Positions 13,441-29,100 of a stretch of DNA of 64,000 nt are shown piece by piece (position 1 is the stretch's first letter; each line of letters starts with the position of its first letter). The notes beneath the pieces were generated by a model, which saw nothing but the letters and a program-made list of their open reading frames with translations, was not told the DNA's origin and made no database searches. The stretch lies in the NCBI RefSeq assembly GCF_009914755.1, contig NC_060934.1; one strand, 5' to 3'. This DNA comes from the human T2T-CHM13v2.0 reference genome, Homo sapiens. The translations under genes and the position numbers were made by a program.

Positions 13441-16400
13441 GCTATATTTACTGCCTGGCATGATGCCTGTTATGCAGCAGACACTGAGTACATACTCGAA
13501 TAGATTAATGAACCAATAAACTAAAGGCAAAAAAAAAAAAAAAAGCAAGAAGAACGACTCTGCTCTCTTTCTTCGATACTTCCTGTTCTTCTTCTCTAGA
13601 TAGCTACATCCATAGGCACCCACCCCCCATGGTGCCTGTCAAAGCAGTAGAACAAAGTTTTCAGCCATTTGTCATCCTGCAAAGACCTGGGTCCTACTGA
13701 TTCTCCATACTTATTTAATCCCAACTAAGCCCTGGATAAAGGACATCCTAGAATGTATGCAAGCTTTGCCTTTGCTGGCCAAAAGCACCAAAGCTCTGCA
13801 CAAAAAGGTCACAAGGAAGTGGGGAAAAAGGTTCCTAGGGGCAAACAACACCTGTGCTTCCACCTCCAGGCATCACAGGGACACATCCAAGCTGAGCATC
13901 AGCGCTGATTAGACAGCCAACTTTCACTCCTTTCTTGGGGGCTTGCAGCACAGCTCTTCCTCGACCAAGCAGACTCTGAAAACCCTCAACTGCTTCCAAA
14001 TGCGCCGTAAAGCTGACACACGGAGCCTCGTTTTTACTCTGTGTTTTACATTACGCTCAGTCTTCCAATAAATTTAACACCGGAATTATATACAACTTTA
14101 AGTGCACGCAAACCCAGCTGATTTCTTCACAGGCTCTTTTGTGCGCAGCTGCCGGGAAGGTGCAGCGTTTGACAACAGGAGAGCCGTGTCTTTCAATGTG
14201 GCAGGCCCTGGGGAACGCCGCCTGCCAGGTAACCTCCCAGTGACCTCGCAAGGTATCAGAAAGGTTTTACTTCATCTGACTTCTAAGTGTTAGAAGAACA
14301 ATGCAAACTTTACCATCTGCATTCAGCCTCCAAGACCCTCAAGAGACATGGAAGGCCTGCCTTCCGAAGGGCCAGACTTAAAACAACTCAGAATGTGCAC
14401 GTCACATATATTTACACATGCAATATACACCATTCCCTGTCCACATTGTCTGTGAATGTTCCATATATATGGAATTTCTAGAGAACAAGGGACTGATCGG
14501 AAAATGCACACCCATCTTTCCTCTGATGTTTTGCTGTCTTGATGGATAATAAGCAATATTTATTTAACAAGGCCTCAGAATTACGACTTAATTGGTTGTA
14601 ATCCGCTCAATGAAGGAATAATGTCCTCTGCAATTATTCCAATCTAATCCATTTAATCTAAAATCTATGGGATATTACAGATTTCTCCAAGAGAGAATAT
14701 TTAAATCTCTTCTTCCGTGTTTAACTTTCAACTATTGACATGCAAAACAAATGGTCATTTTTTTTAAATGCTACAATGCCAAAAAAAATCTGTAATTTTT
14801 GCCCACGTTGAAAGCTGGCTTATTAGCTATAGGATTAGCATAGCATTTGCAATTTCCCTAAAGTGAGAAAATTTTAAAGCTTGTATGTTTATTTTTCAGT
14901 TCCCTCGACTGGGTTCACACTGAAATACGTGAAATAGGAATCTCAAAGCAAGAGTATCATCAGCCATGTCCAGCTATATTGGAAGCAAATAGGAACATGC
15001 ATTTTTCCCAAGGTGACCAGAGACAGAGAAAAAGACATCAGCTAGCCAATTAACGAACAAAAATCTCATCTTCATTTGTGAGTTTTCATTTAAAATGTTT
15101 ATATTTTTGGTTCTTCCTAACACATTGATAAATTCTGTTCAAAGCTGGTGTCTAAACACTGTTAGGCATTGCATGACTTGTATTTCTCATATATAGTCAA
15201 AATACAGATCATGATGGAACAATTCCTTGACATTTTTGTTTTATAATTATTATTATCACAGTGAAATTCAAGCGGGGCTTTGCCGGATATATATCAGAAG
15301 TAAAAATCTTTTTAAAGTAAATCATTATAAAATCCCTTTCCTTTATACCATGCTGGAAGTACAGTGTCTAAAGGTCTTTTGGGAAAATAAATAATGGAAA
15401 TTTTGTTATTGATCTCACGCAGAGGCAGTGAATCTAATGAGTTATTGTTATTCTACCCACAGCAAATATTATGAGGTCCAAAATAATAACATTCAATTAA
15501 ATAAAGAAAGCCAGATAAAATGGAAGATAAGAACGTAACTTAACAATGAATTCCTTTCAGTACTTCCTAAACACTAATTTTGTCTGTCATACATTTAGAA
15601 TGAAATTCTTTTTAAAAAGTAGTTTCCCATGCCACAGTAATAATTAAAATTATTATTTATCTTGTGATAGACACGTATCATCTTCAACAAAAGGAGGCTG
15701 CTGATCTTCATCAAAAGATAATTTATACTTGGGTTTTTAAAAAATTTAACAACAAAAACCTTAAGCTGATAACTGAGTCTCCTAGGATTTACCAAAATTT
15801 TTGAGAGTTAAATTTGAGCAAAACTATCAAAGCAATTTTGAACATGTTCACAATAGCGCCCTGTTAACATAGCTCCTTGTTACACCAGTGGAGGTTCATC
15901 AGACTGAAAGGTTACAACGTGTCCCTCAGAACTTAACTGGATCCAGGAAATCACAGCAATTCACAGAGGGAGAAAGGATATCTACAAGCAGGTGTTCGTC
16001 GATTTCTCTATGATGTATTATTAAAAAAACGGAAATCATTGCATTTTCAAATTTCATATCTGGTTCATCAAGCCACCAAGAAAATTCAAGTGACTGTTGA
16101 GCTTTAGGTAGCAGCTGGTATAATCTTAAATCCTCAGGACAAAGCCCCCACTGTTGTTCCACAGGCTGACCTAAGGCACCAGCCTCCTACTCCCATTATG
16201 GTGACCCAACTACTCCACGGCTTGAGTTCTTGCTGGAAGAGAAGACCTCTCAACGCCGTGCTCCATGGCTGAACTTCATCCTAGCATCACCCTTCCTGTA
16301 GCTCAGCTGGCGCTCCACCCATCTCCCTATGCAGTGAAAATTAAGACCAAATACTTGGCACCCACTGACTAGTTTCTTTCTCATAAGCTGTAACAAAATC

Positions 16401-16779
16401 ACATTCGCAAAGAAGTATTTTCTAGAGATGGATTTCTTTTGAAGGGTGTGAGTCCTACCATTTCTCAAAAAACAAAGCATCTAAAGAGAAAATGAATCAT
16501 TTTGAACTTTTTACTTGGGCGGAGTGAAACGAAGGCCCTTAAATATGTGGGAAATGACTAGAAAGGATTATGTCTTAAGAACTGCGGCATGATCTGCCCT
16601 CCAACATGGCATCACAGTTAACTCTCTAACCCATTCACCCGCCCCTCAACTGCCTGATGAAGGAGGGAAACTAAACCGTACGCATCTTAGCCACCTGGCA
16701 TTCCACACAGTGCTTGGCATAGAGTGGGCTGTCTCGACAAACATCTGCAGACTGAAAGGAATAAACGAATGAATAGCAG

Positions 16780-16990
16780 CTAACACACAGGGTGCACACT
16801 CTTTGTGAGGGATGATACTAAGAATTTTAATCTTCAAAACAATCCTAACAGGTAGCTGTAGTTATGATCATCCCATTTTACAGAGAATGAAACTGAGGCT
16901 TGCGAGGTTACCCAGCTAAGACTTGCAGAGTTGACATCTGAAACCAAATCATCTGCTCCAGACCTTAAGCTCTCAACCAATGTACTAAAG
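16780..16990 (-). mobile_element. MIR
   Basis: cccattttacaga..aaactgaggct core. Confidence 0.75.
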
Positions 16991-18442
16991 TGCATAATAG
17001 ATGAATCTCAATCCTCAAAAACAAGCCCTTAGTTAAGATTCATGTATTTTCACATAGTGGATAATTTAGAATTTCGTAATACATTAGATTTCTAAAACAT
17101 GTGTGTTTTTGCAAGCCAGTAATAGTGATAGTGTGTTTTGCCAGAACTTAAAGAACTTTTAAAACCAACAACATGGGGAGAAAACCAATTCACACATGTC
17201 CAAGAACCTGTCACCAAGAGGTTCATGGTCCCCATACTTTCGTCCAACTATCTTGCAAGCATTTCAAATTTCCTGGAAGAAGCCGAGAAAACAGAGAGGC
17301 TTTGGAGAACCGAATCTGTCAAAACAAATCTCAACCACACAACTTCACAGTTCGTGTGCTGCTTCGTTCATCCTGACATAAAAATGTGTGGTCTCAGAAG
17401 CCTCTGAGCTGACTGTCTCTGCAATGTCTTCCTTCCCAACATGAGCATCCTCACCTGATCCAAGTGGTAGCTCGATGAGCATTAATACATATTGCCACAT
17501 GATGCAGATGAGTTTGGGAATGGAAATAAAATGCACTGGCTGAAGTTCCACTTTGGCAGGAAACAGAGGTTCATCTGGAACTGATAGGATGGTCAAATTG
17601 GATATTTTTCTAAACATGGAAGCATTTGCCATGCTACTTGTGATTTTCAGACACAGGTGGAGACTGACGCTTTTGTTGTTATGTACAGGATTGGGCTGCA
17701 ATGGCTGGACTACTGATGTATTTGTTCTGCAGGCTAGCTAGAAATATCACTAAATGCAGAAGGAAGTTTCAACACTAAGAATAGGAGAATCAACTTGCTA
17801 CCCAGCCATTCTTACTGGAAGGCAGCACATAGTAGCCAAGGATCCTGAAAGTGAGCTGCCAAACCCTAAGCAAGAGTTGTGGTCTTGAAAAAATGGTCAT
17901 TTCCAAAAGGCAGCTATTAAAAAAAAAGTTGTCAATCATAAAACAGCTGTGTTTACACATACAAAATGAAGTAGAAAACTCAGGCAGTTACCCAGATGAT
18001 TTTAATCAAAACATCCCCTCAACTGAAATACCCAGAAAATTTAAGATATAATATGGGGGCATTCTTATTTTTCGGCTGGAATTACTCAGATAACTGCTTC
18101 ATCTCTCCACTATTCTTGTTTAGACACAGTCTGAAACCCTGTGCGTTGGCAATTGAAAGCACAATTATTTGCAGATGCGCATATTTAGGGAGACAAGTGT
18201 CTCTGGTTACAATTACGTGCAGATGTAACTCAGCAGAGACCGGCTTCAAGTTTAAAGTTTTGGAAGCCTGTTTTGAAAATGTGACCATAAGCAGAGATAC
18301 TTCTTTTTAAACGCAACATTCTATAAAAAGTCACATAAGCAGGTAACGATAATTTGTTCCCAAAAAGCTAAACAATATACACTAAATCATTTCCTTAAAA
18401 CTCCTATTTTGATTTTGAGAAGAGAAGGTATCCATAAAAACA

Positions 18443-18737
18443 TTTTTTTTTTTTTTGAGACAGAATCGTGATGTGTCGCCCAGGCTGGAGTGCAGTGGTG
18501 CGGTCTTGGCTCACTGCAACCTCTGACTCCCGGGTTCAAGCAATTCTTCTGCCTCAGCCTCCCAAGTAGCTGAGACTACAGGCGCCCGCCTCCACGCCTA
18601 GTTAATTTTTGTACTTTTAGTAGAGATGGGGTTTCACTATGTTGGCCAGGCTGGTCTTGAACTCCTGACCTCAGGTGATCCGCCTGCCTCAGCCTCCCAA
18701 AGTGCCAGGATTACAGGCATAAGGACTGCACCTGGCC
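18443..18737 (-). mobile_element. Alu (AluS-like)
   Basis: Poly(T) plus reverse Alu; TSD aaaaaca. Confidence 0.96.
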
Positions 18738-19564
18738 AAAAACAGAATTTTTAATAACAGAGTCCTTACCCAAATTGGCCCCTTTTGGCTTCAGAAACCA
18801 CATTTCCATCAAATATGTTTTCTTTCTTTTTTATATTTAAGGTGTACAACATGATGTTTTGATATGCATAAACATAGTGAAATTCCTACAACAGTCAAGT
18901 AAATTAATATATCCATCTGTTTTCTCAAATCAGCTAGAAAAACTACCTCCCTTCCAAATATCACTTGTTTTCAGCTTCACTTTTGAATGATCTACTTTAT
19001 CCGCACCAAGGAAAATATTTACGTCATTTCTTATATTGCATTTAAAATCTTACTACATTTATGCGTCTCAAATTTAACTTATTTTTGAATATATTCTCCA
19101 GCTATAGAATATATTCAAATATTTGTATCACAAAGGAGAAGCAGAGAATGCCACTAACTCCAATGCAGCCCCAAACTATAAATTCATTTTAATTAAAGAT
19201 ATTTGATAAGCACCCATGCTGAAAGAAATGAAGTGGGGAGGGAGGATGCCAAAAAAAGAGTTATCTTTTACAGAGAAATTAAAAATCACAGGAAGTATTC
19301 AATAACCCAAGAAGGCATGTAGAAACCTTCCATTTGAATCCTTTTATCTAAGCATGCTGGTTAGAATTTGGTACTTCTCATTTCTTCTGGTCAGTATGGT
19401 AACCGGAAATGATACAGGTATATAGACAATCTTCCCCCAACCCTGCCCCCCAAAAAAGAGAAAAAGAAAAGAAAAAAGAGAGAATAGTAAATGTGATATA
19501 ACAAAAAGGGTTTGTTTTTTTTTTTAAGAAAAAAAAAACACAGGGAAACTGGGCACGTGTCTAT

Positions 19565-19710
19565 AAGGCAATAATTTTCAACCTGGGCTGCACATTTAAA
19601 ATCACCTAGGAGCTTTAAAAAATATATATCTGGGAGTGGGGTCCAGGTATCAGGGCACTGGAGCTTCCATTTGATTCCAGTGTACAGCCTGTCCTGAGAA
19701 CCACTGTGAC
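19565..19710. mobile_element. MER5-like hAT MITE
   Basis: ttttcaacctgggctgcacatt..aatcacct ... tgagaaccactg. Confidence 0.7.
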
Positions 19711-20275
19711 AAGGCCTTGAGAGAGTAGCCACTATGGCCACAAGCCCTGGTCAAGGAAACTCTCACAGAGCTCCCTGCATAAAACCAGCAGCCCAGAAGA
19801 CACATATCTTGAAAACAGGCTCAGAGTATCTCTGCTCACTGGCCTGGGGACAAGAAACAAAAAGAAACATGAAGCTTGTAAGAGTGGGGTCCCAAAGATA
19901 TTCCTCCATGGAGTGAGGAATTAACTTAAAAATGGCCCAGCATCCATGAAAGGCCCAGCAAAGAAAATATAGATGACTGCATAAGGTTGCCTTAAAGACC
20001 CTATGTAGGAATACTAGAGAAAATCACTGTTACTAAAGATGAACCTATTGTTGAAATAATAAAACACACAAGAAAAAAACAGTCATGAAAGAGCCTACAT
20101 GAACAAGATATGGGAGAATCTTTCAGATTGATCTATTACGGATCTATTGATCTATTACAGATTTATTACAGATCAATCTGAAAAACTGCCTTATAGTAAA
20201 TATTTTCAGTGAGATAAAGGAATAGAAACTTATCTCATCAAAAAGAAGAAAAATTATAATATATAATATATAATT

Positions 20276-20436
20276 TTAATAATTAAAATTTAATTTTATT
20301 TCATTTAACTTTAATAATTAAAATTTAATTTTATTTCATTTAATGTTAATAATTAAAATTTAATTTTATTTCATTTAATGTTAATAATTAAAATTTAATT
20401 TTATTTCATTTAATGTTAATAATTAAAATTTAATTT
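20276..20436. repeat. AT-rich minisatellite, 35-bp unit TTAATAATTAAAATTTAATTTTATTTCATTTAATG, ~4.6 copies
   Basis: Units start at 20276, 20311, 20346, 20381 and 20416 (partial). Confidence 0.95.
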
Positions 20437-20529
20437 AATTTAATTTTAATATATAATAAATTTTAATAACAATTTAATATATAATCCTATATATAAAAAT
20501 ATATAAAGTTCCTATAAAAATATATAGGA

Positions 20530-22530
<2,001 letters not shown>

Positions 22531-23039
22531 AAAAAAACGAAAAGGAAAAGAAAAAAGACAGTGATTACTGTCCCTAGACACTGAACGGACTATTAAAAGA
22601 TATGCGTCAGCAAAAAGGACACTCAACACGGAGGCATAAGCAAAGAAACAGGTTATTAAAATAGTAAATTAAAAGCAAAATAGCAATTAGTAAATTAAAG
22701 GATGACTACTTAATAGCAAAAGTGAATTTTGAAGGATTTCAAAACAAGGTGAAAATGCATATCCCCTTATATGGTATGTGAATTATATCTCAATAAAGCT
22801 GTTACCAAAAAAATATAAAATGTGCATGCCTCATAACCCAGTAGTCCTATTTCTAATTATCAATTTCCTCGATATGCACAGAGAAACCAGAATAAAAACA
22901 GCAGTATTATTTGTAATTTCAAAAACAAAGAATGCCCATCAAGAGTGGAATATTGTTCGTGGAAGTGTACATGGTAAAAGATAAAATGAGGATAGCATGA
23001 ACAACAGCTCTGCCGAGGCAAAGATGTTCAGATTTACAA

Positions 23040-23910
23040 AAAGTATTTCAATGTGTCCAAAATGGAACTCTAAGTCTACACCCCTGTATGCAAAAATAGT
23101 TCTTGTCCCCGACCCCTGCCCCATCTCAGAAAATGGCACTGTCATTTACCCAGGTAAATGACAACATCAAAATTCCTAGAAGCCATCCCTGGTTTCTCTC
23201 CTTCTCTCACTCCATGTCCTCAATTCATCAGTATGACCTGTGGGTCCCTTGAATCTAACTGCTTCTCATCACTAACCCAAGTGTAAGCCCCTATCAGTTC
23301 TGGAGCTGATGTTACAACAAACTTCTTTTGCTATTTCTCCTCTTGCCTATTTACAGTTAAGAGATTCTTCTAAAACATAAGTGAGATCATGACATTGTCT
23401 TCTTCAAAACCCCCAGTCCTTCAAAGAGCTTCTCATTAGTTTTGGAACAAACCCCAGAGTCCTTATCCCGTGGTCTCTAAGGCCCTGTGGCCATGTGCTG
23501 GGGCCCCTGGCTGGCTCTCCCAGCCCTGACTTACTGGGGTGCATTTCCACTGCTCAGCTTGCTCCTTGGACTCACCAGCCTCTTCCCACCTCTGAGGCTG
23601 GGCACTGACTGGTCCCTCCATCTCAAAGCCTCTTTCTGAGACTTCACAAGCTTGGGAACTTCATTTCACTGTGTCAAATGTCTCAGCAGAGAAGACTTCC
23701 TCTATCTAAAATAGTACCCACTCCTATCACTCTCTGCCCCCTACCCTCCTCCTATTTACCTTCATTATATATTCATGTATCATCTGCCCTCCTCTAGATA
23801 GAATGCAGCCTCCTTGAGGGTGAAGGCTTTTAATGGCTGGTTCCCCATCATATCTCCAATATACTCAGCCCACAGAAGGCACTCTGAAAATACTTGTAGA
23901 ATGAATCACT
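23040..23910 (+). mobile_element. L2 fragment
   Basis: Pyrimidine-rich L2 3' region ending ...aaatacttgtagaatgaat. Confidence 0.7.
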
Positions 23911-25689
23911 TATGCCATGATACTTTAAGGAGACTTCAGCTTTCCCTGTAATAGTTTCTGTTTTAAAATGATATGGTTTTAAAAGGCAAATGGTTACATT
24001 GGTTCATTCTGGGTGGTGGGTACACAGGGGTTTGCTGTCCTCTTGACTTTCTGGGTATTTGACATGAGACCAAAATTCCCTGCCAACTGGGGAGCCGACT
24101 GTGTGCTCCACAGGCTGAATCCGACCAGATCTGTGGCCCCGAACTTCTTGCAGAATGTGGCCTGGGTGTGGCAAGGGCAAAAGGTAAGAGCAAGGGAGCA
24201 GCCTCAGAGCTGGAGATCACAGGTTCATGGGGCTTTGCCTGCCACTTGCTATGAGGCTGGGCCAAGTCTTATAGAGGCCTGCACCCACTAGACCTGAGCT
24301 GCACCTCCACCATGCCAGGCTCAATGCAATCAGGCGGGAAAGGGAGCGCTGTTCCTTTTTCTGGAGCCTTACAGGGCATGAAGGGGATGCTCAGGGAGGA
24401 GAAGCAGCTGATCTCCAGACAACTTCAAATCTCCAACAGGCCCCACAACGAGTCACAACTCACCTTCTGCACTTTCACTAGAAGGTCCCTCAGGCTTCTT
24501 CCAGTTCCAAAGTGCTAGGGCTCATTGTTTCTAATTATCTTGAATTCATTCTCTTCCCACAGTTGAAGGAAAATCAAAACAACCGAAAGTGACTTGCTTT
24601 AGAACTGTGGAGTTTGCAAAGCACTTTGTTATGTGTCAACTCCTGTAGGCCTGCAACAAGTCCATAACCCCAGTTCACAGTTGAGAAAACTGAGGCTGGT
24701 GGGGGCGGTTAAAGGGCTGGCCTAAGAGCATGGGGTCTGTTTGAAAAGCAGCGAATTAAATCTCTAGCATACCAGCACTAATGCTCCAAGGGCCTCTTTT
24801 CCCCAGATGGGTATAGCTGGTCCTTCTCAAATGTGACAATGACGACAGTGGGCTGAGAAAACCATGCACACCCTGCAATTCCTGCCACGGTGAATTCCAA
24901 GATTTAGGCATCCAGGCTGAGTCTGCAGGCCAGCTCCAGGGCTGCCACATGGCCCCACTCCTTCCCCCAGTTCCTAACCAGCTAAAGATGACATGTCCGG
25001 TCTCATCTCACACTGACCACTCTGGCCCGCCCCTTTGCCCCACACAACCTTGGCCTTTCCTTTGCTGGAACATTCTTCCCACCCTAAGCCTCATCACCGG
25101 TGCTCAGAGCATCATCTGCTTCTCTTTGGGATCACTTTTTACACTTGGATTTTCTATGTATTTGTGTCTCTGACCTCTGCTAGACTATAAGCTCCATGGG
25201 GGAGGGGCCAATCTGACTTTGGTCACCATTCTACAGCCAAGTACTCAGTCCAGGATGGTGTACATGAGGCTGTGAGGCCTGCAATTGCTTGGGTCCATTA
25301 CTGAACACAAGAGACGAGTGTGGCGCTGTTGGGAGGTCCCACCCTGTTGTCACTGCAGATGTCGCCCCCAACACAAAGAGCACATCCAAGAACTGGAGGT
25401 CCAGGAGGCATGGTCCTGGTAACAGCAATTTGCCAGAATCCTGTCCTACTTCTGGCCTTCTGATACGTCCTAAGTGCTGACAAATTTTCTTTATCATCCA
25501 AGTCTGCTTGAGATGAGTTTTCTGTCCTTCATGAAAGAAAGACTCCTGACAGATGTACCTCGCTGGCAAGACCGTAGGCTCCCTCATGTCATGACCTGTA
25601 CACCTCTGCCCTGCTTCAACTAAGTGCTGGGCACCAAATAGCTATTTAGTAAGCATCTTCTACCTACCTAGCTCTCACTTACTATATAT

Positions 25690-26100
25690 TTGTTCACTCA
25701 TTCATTCATTCAACAAATATCTACTCAGCACCTACTACATAGTTTTCTTGGGAAAACTACCCAAGTGCAGAAAATTGAACAAGCCAGATGGGGTCCTTGC
25801 TTGTACACAACCTAACATTACAGAAACAGACACACAACACAAGTAAATCTACAAAATAGCTGAGGATAGTGGTAGGGTCTGTGCAGATAACGAAACAGGA
25901 AATGTAATAAAGAATGAACGAGGAGGGAGTGATATTTAGCGAAGTGGTCTCCTTTTTATGGAAGACCTCTGGTTGAAAATGACAAAGAGGAGCCAGCTAA
26001 GTTAAGATCATAGAGGACATTCCAGATGACGGGGGGAAGGCAAGGGCAAAGGCTTTGAGGCAGAACAAGAGAGATGTGTGTGCTAGGGAGGAGAAAGGCA
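25690..26100 (-). mobile_element. L2 3' end
   Basis: ttcattcattcaacaaatat..agcacctacta signature. Confidence 0.75.
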
Positions 26101-29100
26101 GAGTGTCTTTAGATCTATGACCCATCATGGGAAATGGGGCTTGATGAGGCCAGAAAAGTGGGCAAGGACTTGATTCTTTAAGAATTTCTCTGACAATAGT
26201 ACAGATGTATTCAGGGGTTGAACCTTCATCTCCTGGGGCATCGCCATTCTTTGGGCCTGTCCTACGTGGACACTACGTATGTCAACTAAGGAGAGAGGAC
26301 CCAGGGCGCTAAGTCCCCACTCTAGCCCCATTTTGTCTCCTAACACAGGCCTCAACCATTCTGGTCTTTAATTCTGTTATCCATCCATCAAGTAAGGACT
26401 TGATGATGAACTTGGTGATCACAAAAGACTCTTTCAACATCAGGATTCTATAATTATCTTCCTTTTTTAAAAGAATGAGATAAATCAATACAAAACATGA
26501 GCCTAGCACTAGAGGAGTGCTATCATTTAAGGATTACATTTTCAAAGCGTACATCTGAAGTGCAACAGGGCAAAGCTGGCCCCTCCAAGTCACACTCGAG
26601 CACAAAGTCTCTGGTCCAGACGGCTGTTTTGCTCATGTCTCAGAATTCTAGGATAGTGAAACGCAGCCAGATACTTTTCTGGGTACAGTTCATGAGTCCC
26701 ACCACCCAAAAAGCAGGTGCCATGGATTTGAAGCTTCCTGGTGTCCTCAGGACCCCTGGCCATAGCTCCCTCCTGAGCCCTGGTGGTGGCCTGGTCCCAT
26801 TGCTAGCCCCCTGCACAGGGCAGCGGAAGGAGATAATCACTGGTAAAAAGGGACCAGGCTCCCACCTTACTAGCTCCACTGTTTCTGGGGAATGCACCAG
26901 GCTTGGCCCGCCTGGGGTCCTTGGAGTTCTGCCACAATGCTCTTCAGCAGGTGCTCAGAATGGCCAGTTCCCCCTTGTCATTTAGGTCCCAGCTCAAAGT
27001 CACCTCCTCAGAGAGGCACATTCTGATTTCCACGTGTAAAAGGGTCCCCTTCTCCCCTCTGTTCCCTTCTGTATCATATTGGTCAGTTTTCTTCTTCAGA
27101 GTACTGACTGCTATCAAAACACGTGCATTTTAATTCATATGCCTCCTGTACTAGACTATAAGTTTCGTGAGTTCATCCTGTCCATGCCAATGTCCCTAGG
27201 ACCCTAGCACAATGTCCAGTCCACGAAAGTTGGCTCAGTAGACATTTGTTGATGGACCGAAGGAAGAAGTCATCCAAAGAATCTTGACAAAGCTCCGAAG
27301 AGCACATGGCAGGTCAGAGCCAGAAAGTTCCTGGGGAGATCATCCACCATAGCACAGCAGTTTTCACCCAAGACAGCACATCTGGCGTAAGAGTGGGGGT
27401 GGATGTATCAGAATATCATACACCTCCCCCACGAGACACTGATGCACAAAATGTGTGAGGTTGCCAGGTTAGAACCACTGGTATGGTCCAAACACTCTGC
27501 TTTACCAGAGAGGAACAGAAGGGTCTAGCAAAAAACGTATAATGGGACATTCAGAGACTCTAACTCAGGTGTCTGATGCATACAAAGAATATCTCAAGTC
27601 CAATGCCAGCCTTCCAGGAGTTTAAACACTTCAGCCAGTAGAGTTCCTTTACTCCTGGGAGCTGCTGGGGAGGCAAATCTGTCAATTCCAGCATCCCAGG
27701 CTCAGTTTCAAGAGGAAAAGCAGGTGAAATGGTGCCAGGCCCAGAGTCAGGGCTTACCAAGCAAAACACGCCACAGTCACCTGGATGGGTGGAGGAGGTA
27801 CACGTCTGAAAAGGGGCTGGGAATGCAGTCATGAGGCTGAGTAAGGGCAGAGGAGCAGAAATGGGCAGGAGGGAGGGCAAAAGAGGCTTTGTCGTCATTC
27901 CATGTTGTAAAAGCCAGCTTAGAGGACACAGACAACAATAGGCCTCTTTTTTTTTTTTTTTTTTTTTTTTACAATTACCAAATATAAAACCCTGAGTAAA
28001 AATTTTCTATTTTAGGGTTTTCCAAACAACATTTGACTTTGTGAGTGTTTTACATCTAGGGTAAATATTTGCCGGGCATTTCCAGCCCACGTCAGAGTGC
28101 TAATCTAAAAACCTGTTTTGTTCTGCTCTTAATAGGAAAATTCTACATTCAACGCAGGGTACTCACTCTGCCTAGGAACTCACAAGTACTCACCTTCCCT
28201 CAGTCTCCAAGGCTCGCCCACAATACGAGCAGCAAGCCGAATCCGCATGAGAGCCATTTCTGAGAGGCTGTTTCTATCTACCTCGACTGCACTTTCTCTT
28301 AATGAAGCTACCCTTCACGTGGTAGGAACAGGTAGGAACTTAATGAAGTTACCCTTCAGGTGGTAGGAACAGGGCACATGGAGGAACAGGTCAATTGCCG
28401 CCCTCACACTCAGGTGCATCTGCCTCAGCTGGCAAGGCTGCAGGTGATACCAAGTGAGGTATACAGCTGGCGCCTACTGCATGGTGGGGCTGCTTTGTCT
28501 TACAGGCAAACCAGGCTATCAATGGTCATGCATCTCAGGGTGGCATGTGCAAAGATACTGAGCAGTCTCCAGAGAGCAGCCACGAAGTCAGAAACGCGCA
28601 CCCTCACCACTTCCGCCCTGGAAAGCTGGAAGGACCAGCACACGGACTACCTGCCCTTCCCAGGTGCAGTGCAATGTCTCGAGGCCAGTAAACAGATTCT
28701 CGTCTTTAACTAAGAACTTCTATCACTGTGACTGGGGGATAGGCTTCAACATGCTGTCTCATAACAAAGATCCAGTCCTTACAATGACACGGCACAGCAG
28801 ATACTGTCTACATTTGACAAATCAGGAAACTGAGGCTTAAAGGTATTAAACAACCTGCCTAAGTTATGAAAGGATGAAGTCAGGATGCAAACTTAGTCTG
28901 ACTCCAAATCTACATCCTTTCTGCTATAGCACTGCACCCCCCGGCCAATATAAAAACATCTCCCTAAGGTTCTAATGTGCCTCTTCCTCAGTCCACAAGA
29001 TTAAAAGAGAAGGCAAGTTCAATACAGACTATGTTTGAGTTATGGCCAGGATATCTAGATGGGACTACCCAGCACGCAGCTGGATGGACCTATTCTAAAG

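Noticed and set aside
20276-20436. CRISPR-like 35-bp periodicity
   Set aside because: Head-to-tail units with no unique spacers and no cas genes; a eukaryotic minisatellite.
24458-24480. Perfect minus-strand donor AAG|GTGAGT at 24464
   Set aside because: No convincing upstream acceptor with a polypyrimidine tract; likely a chance site.
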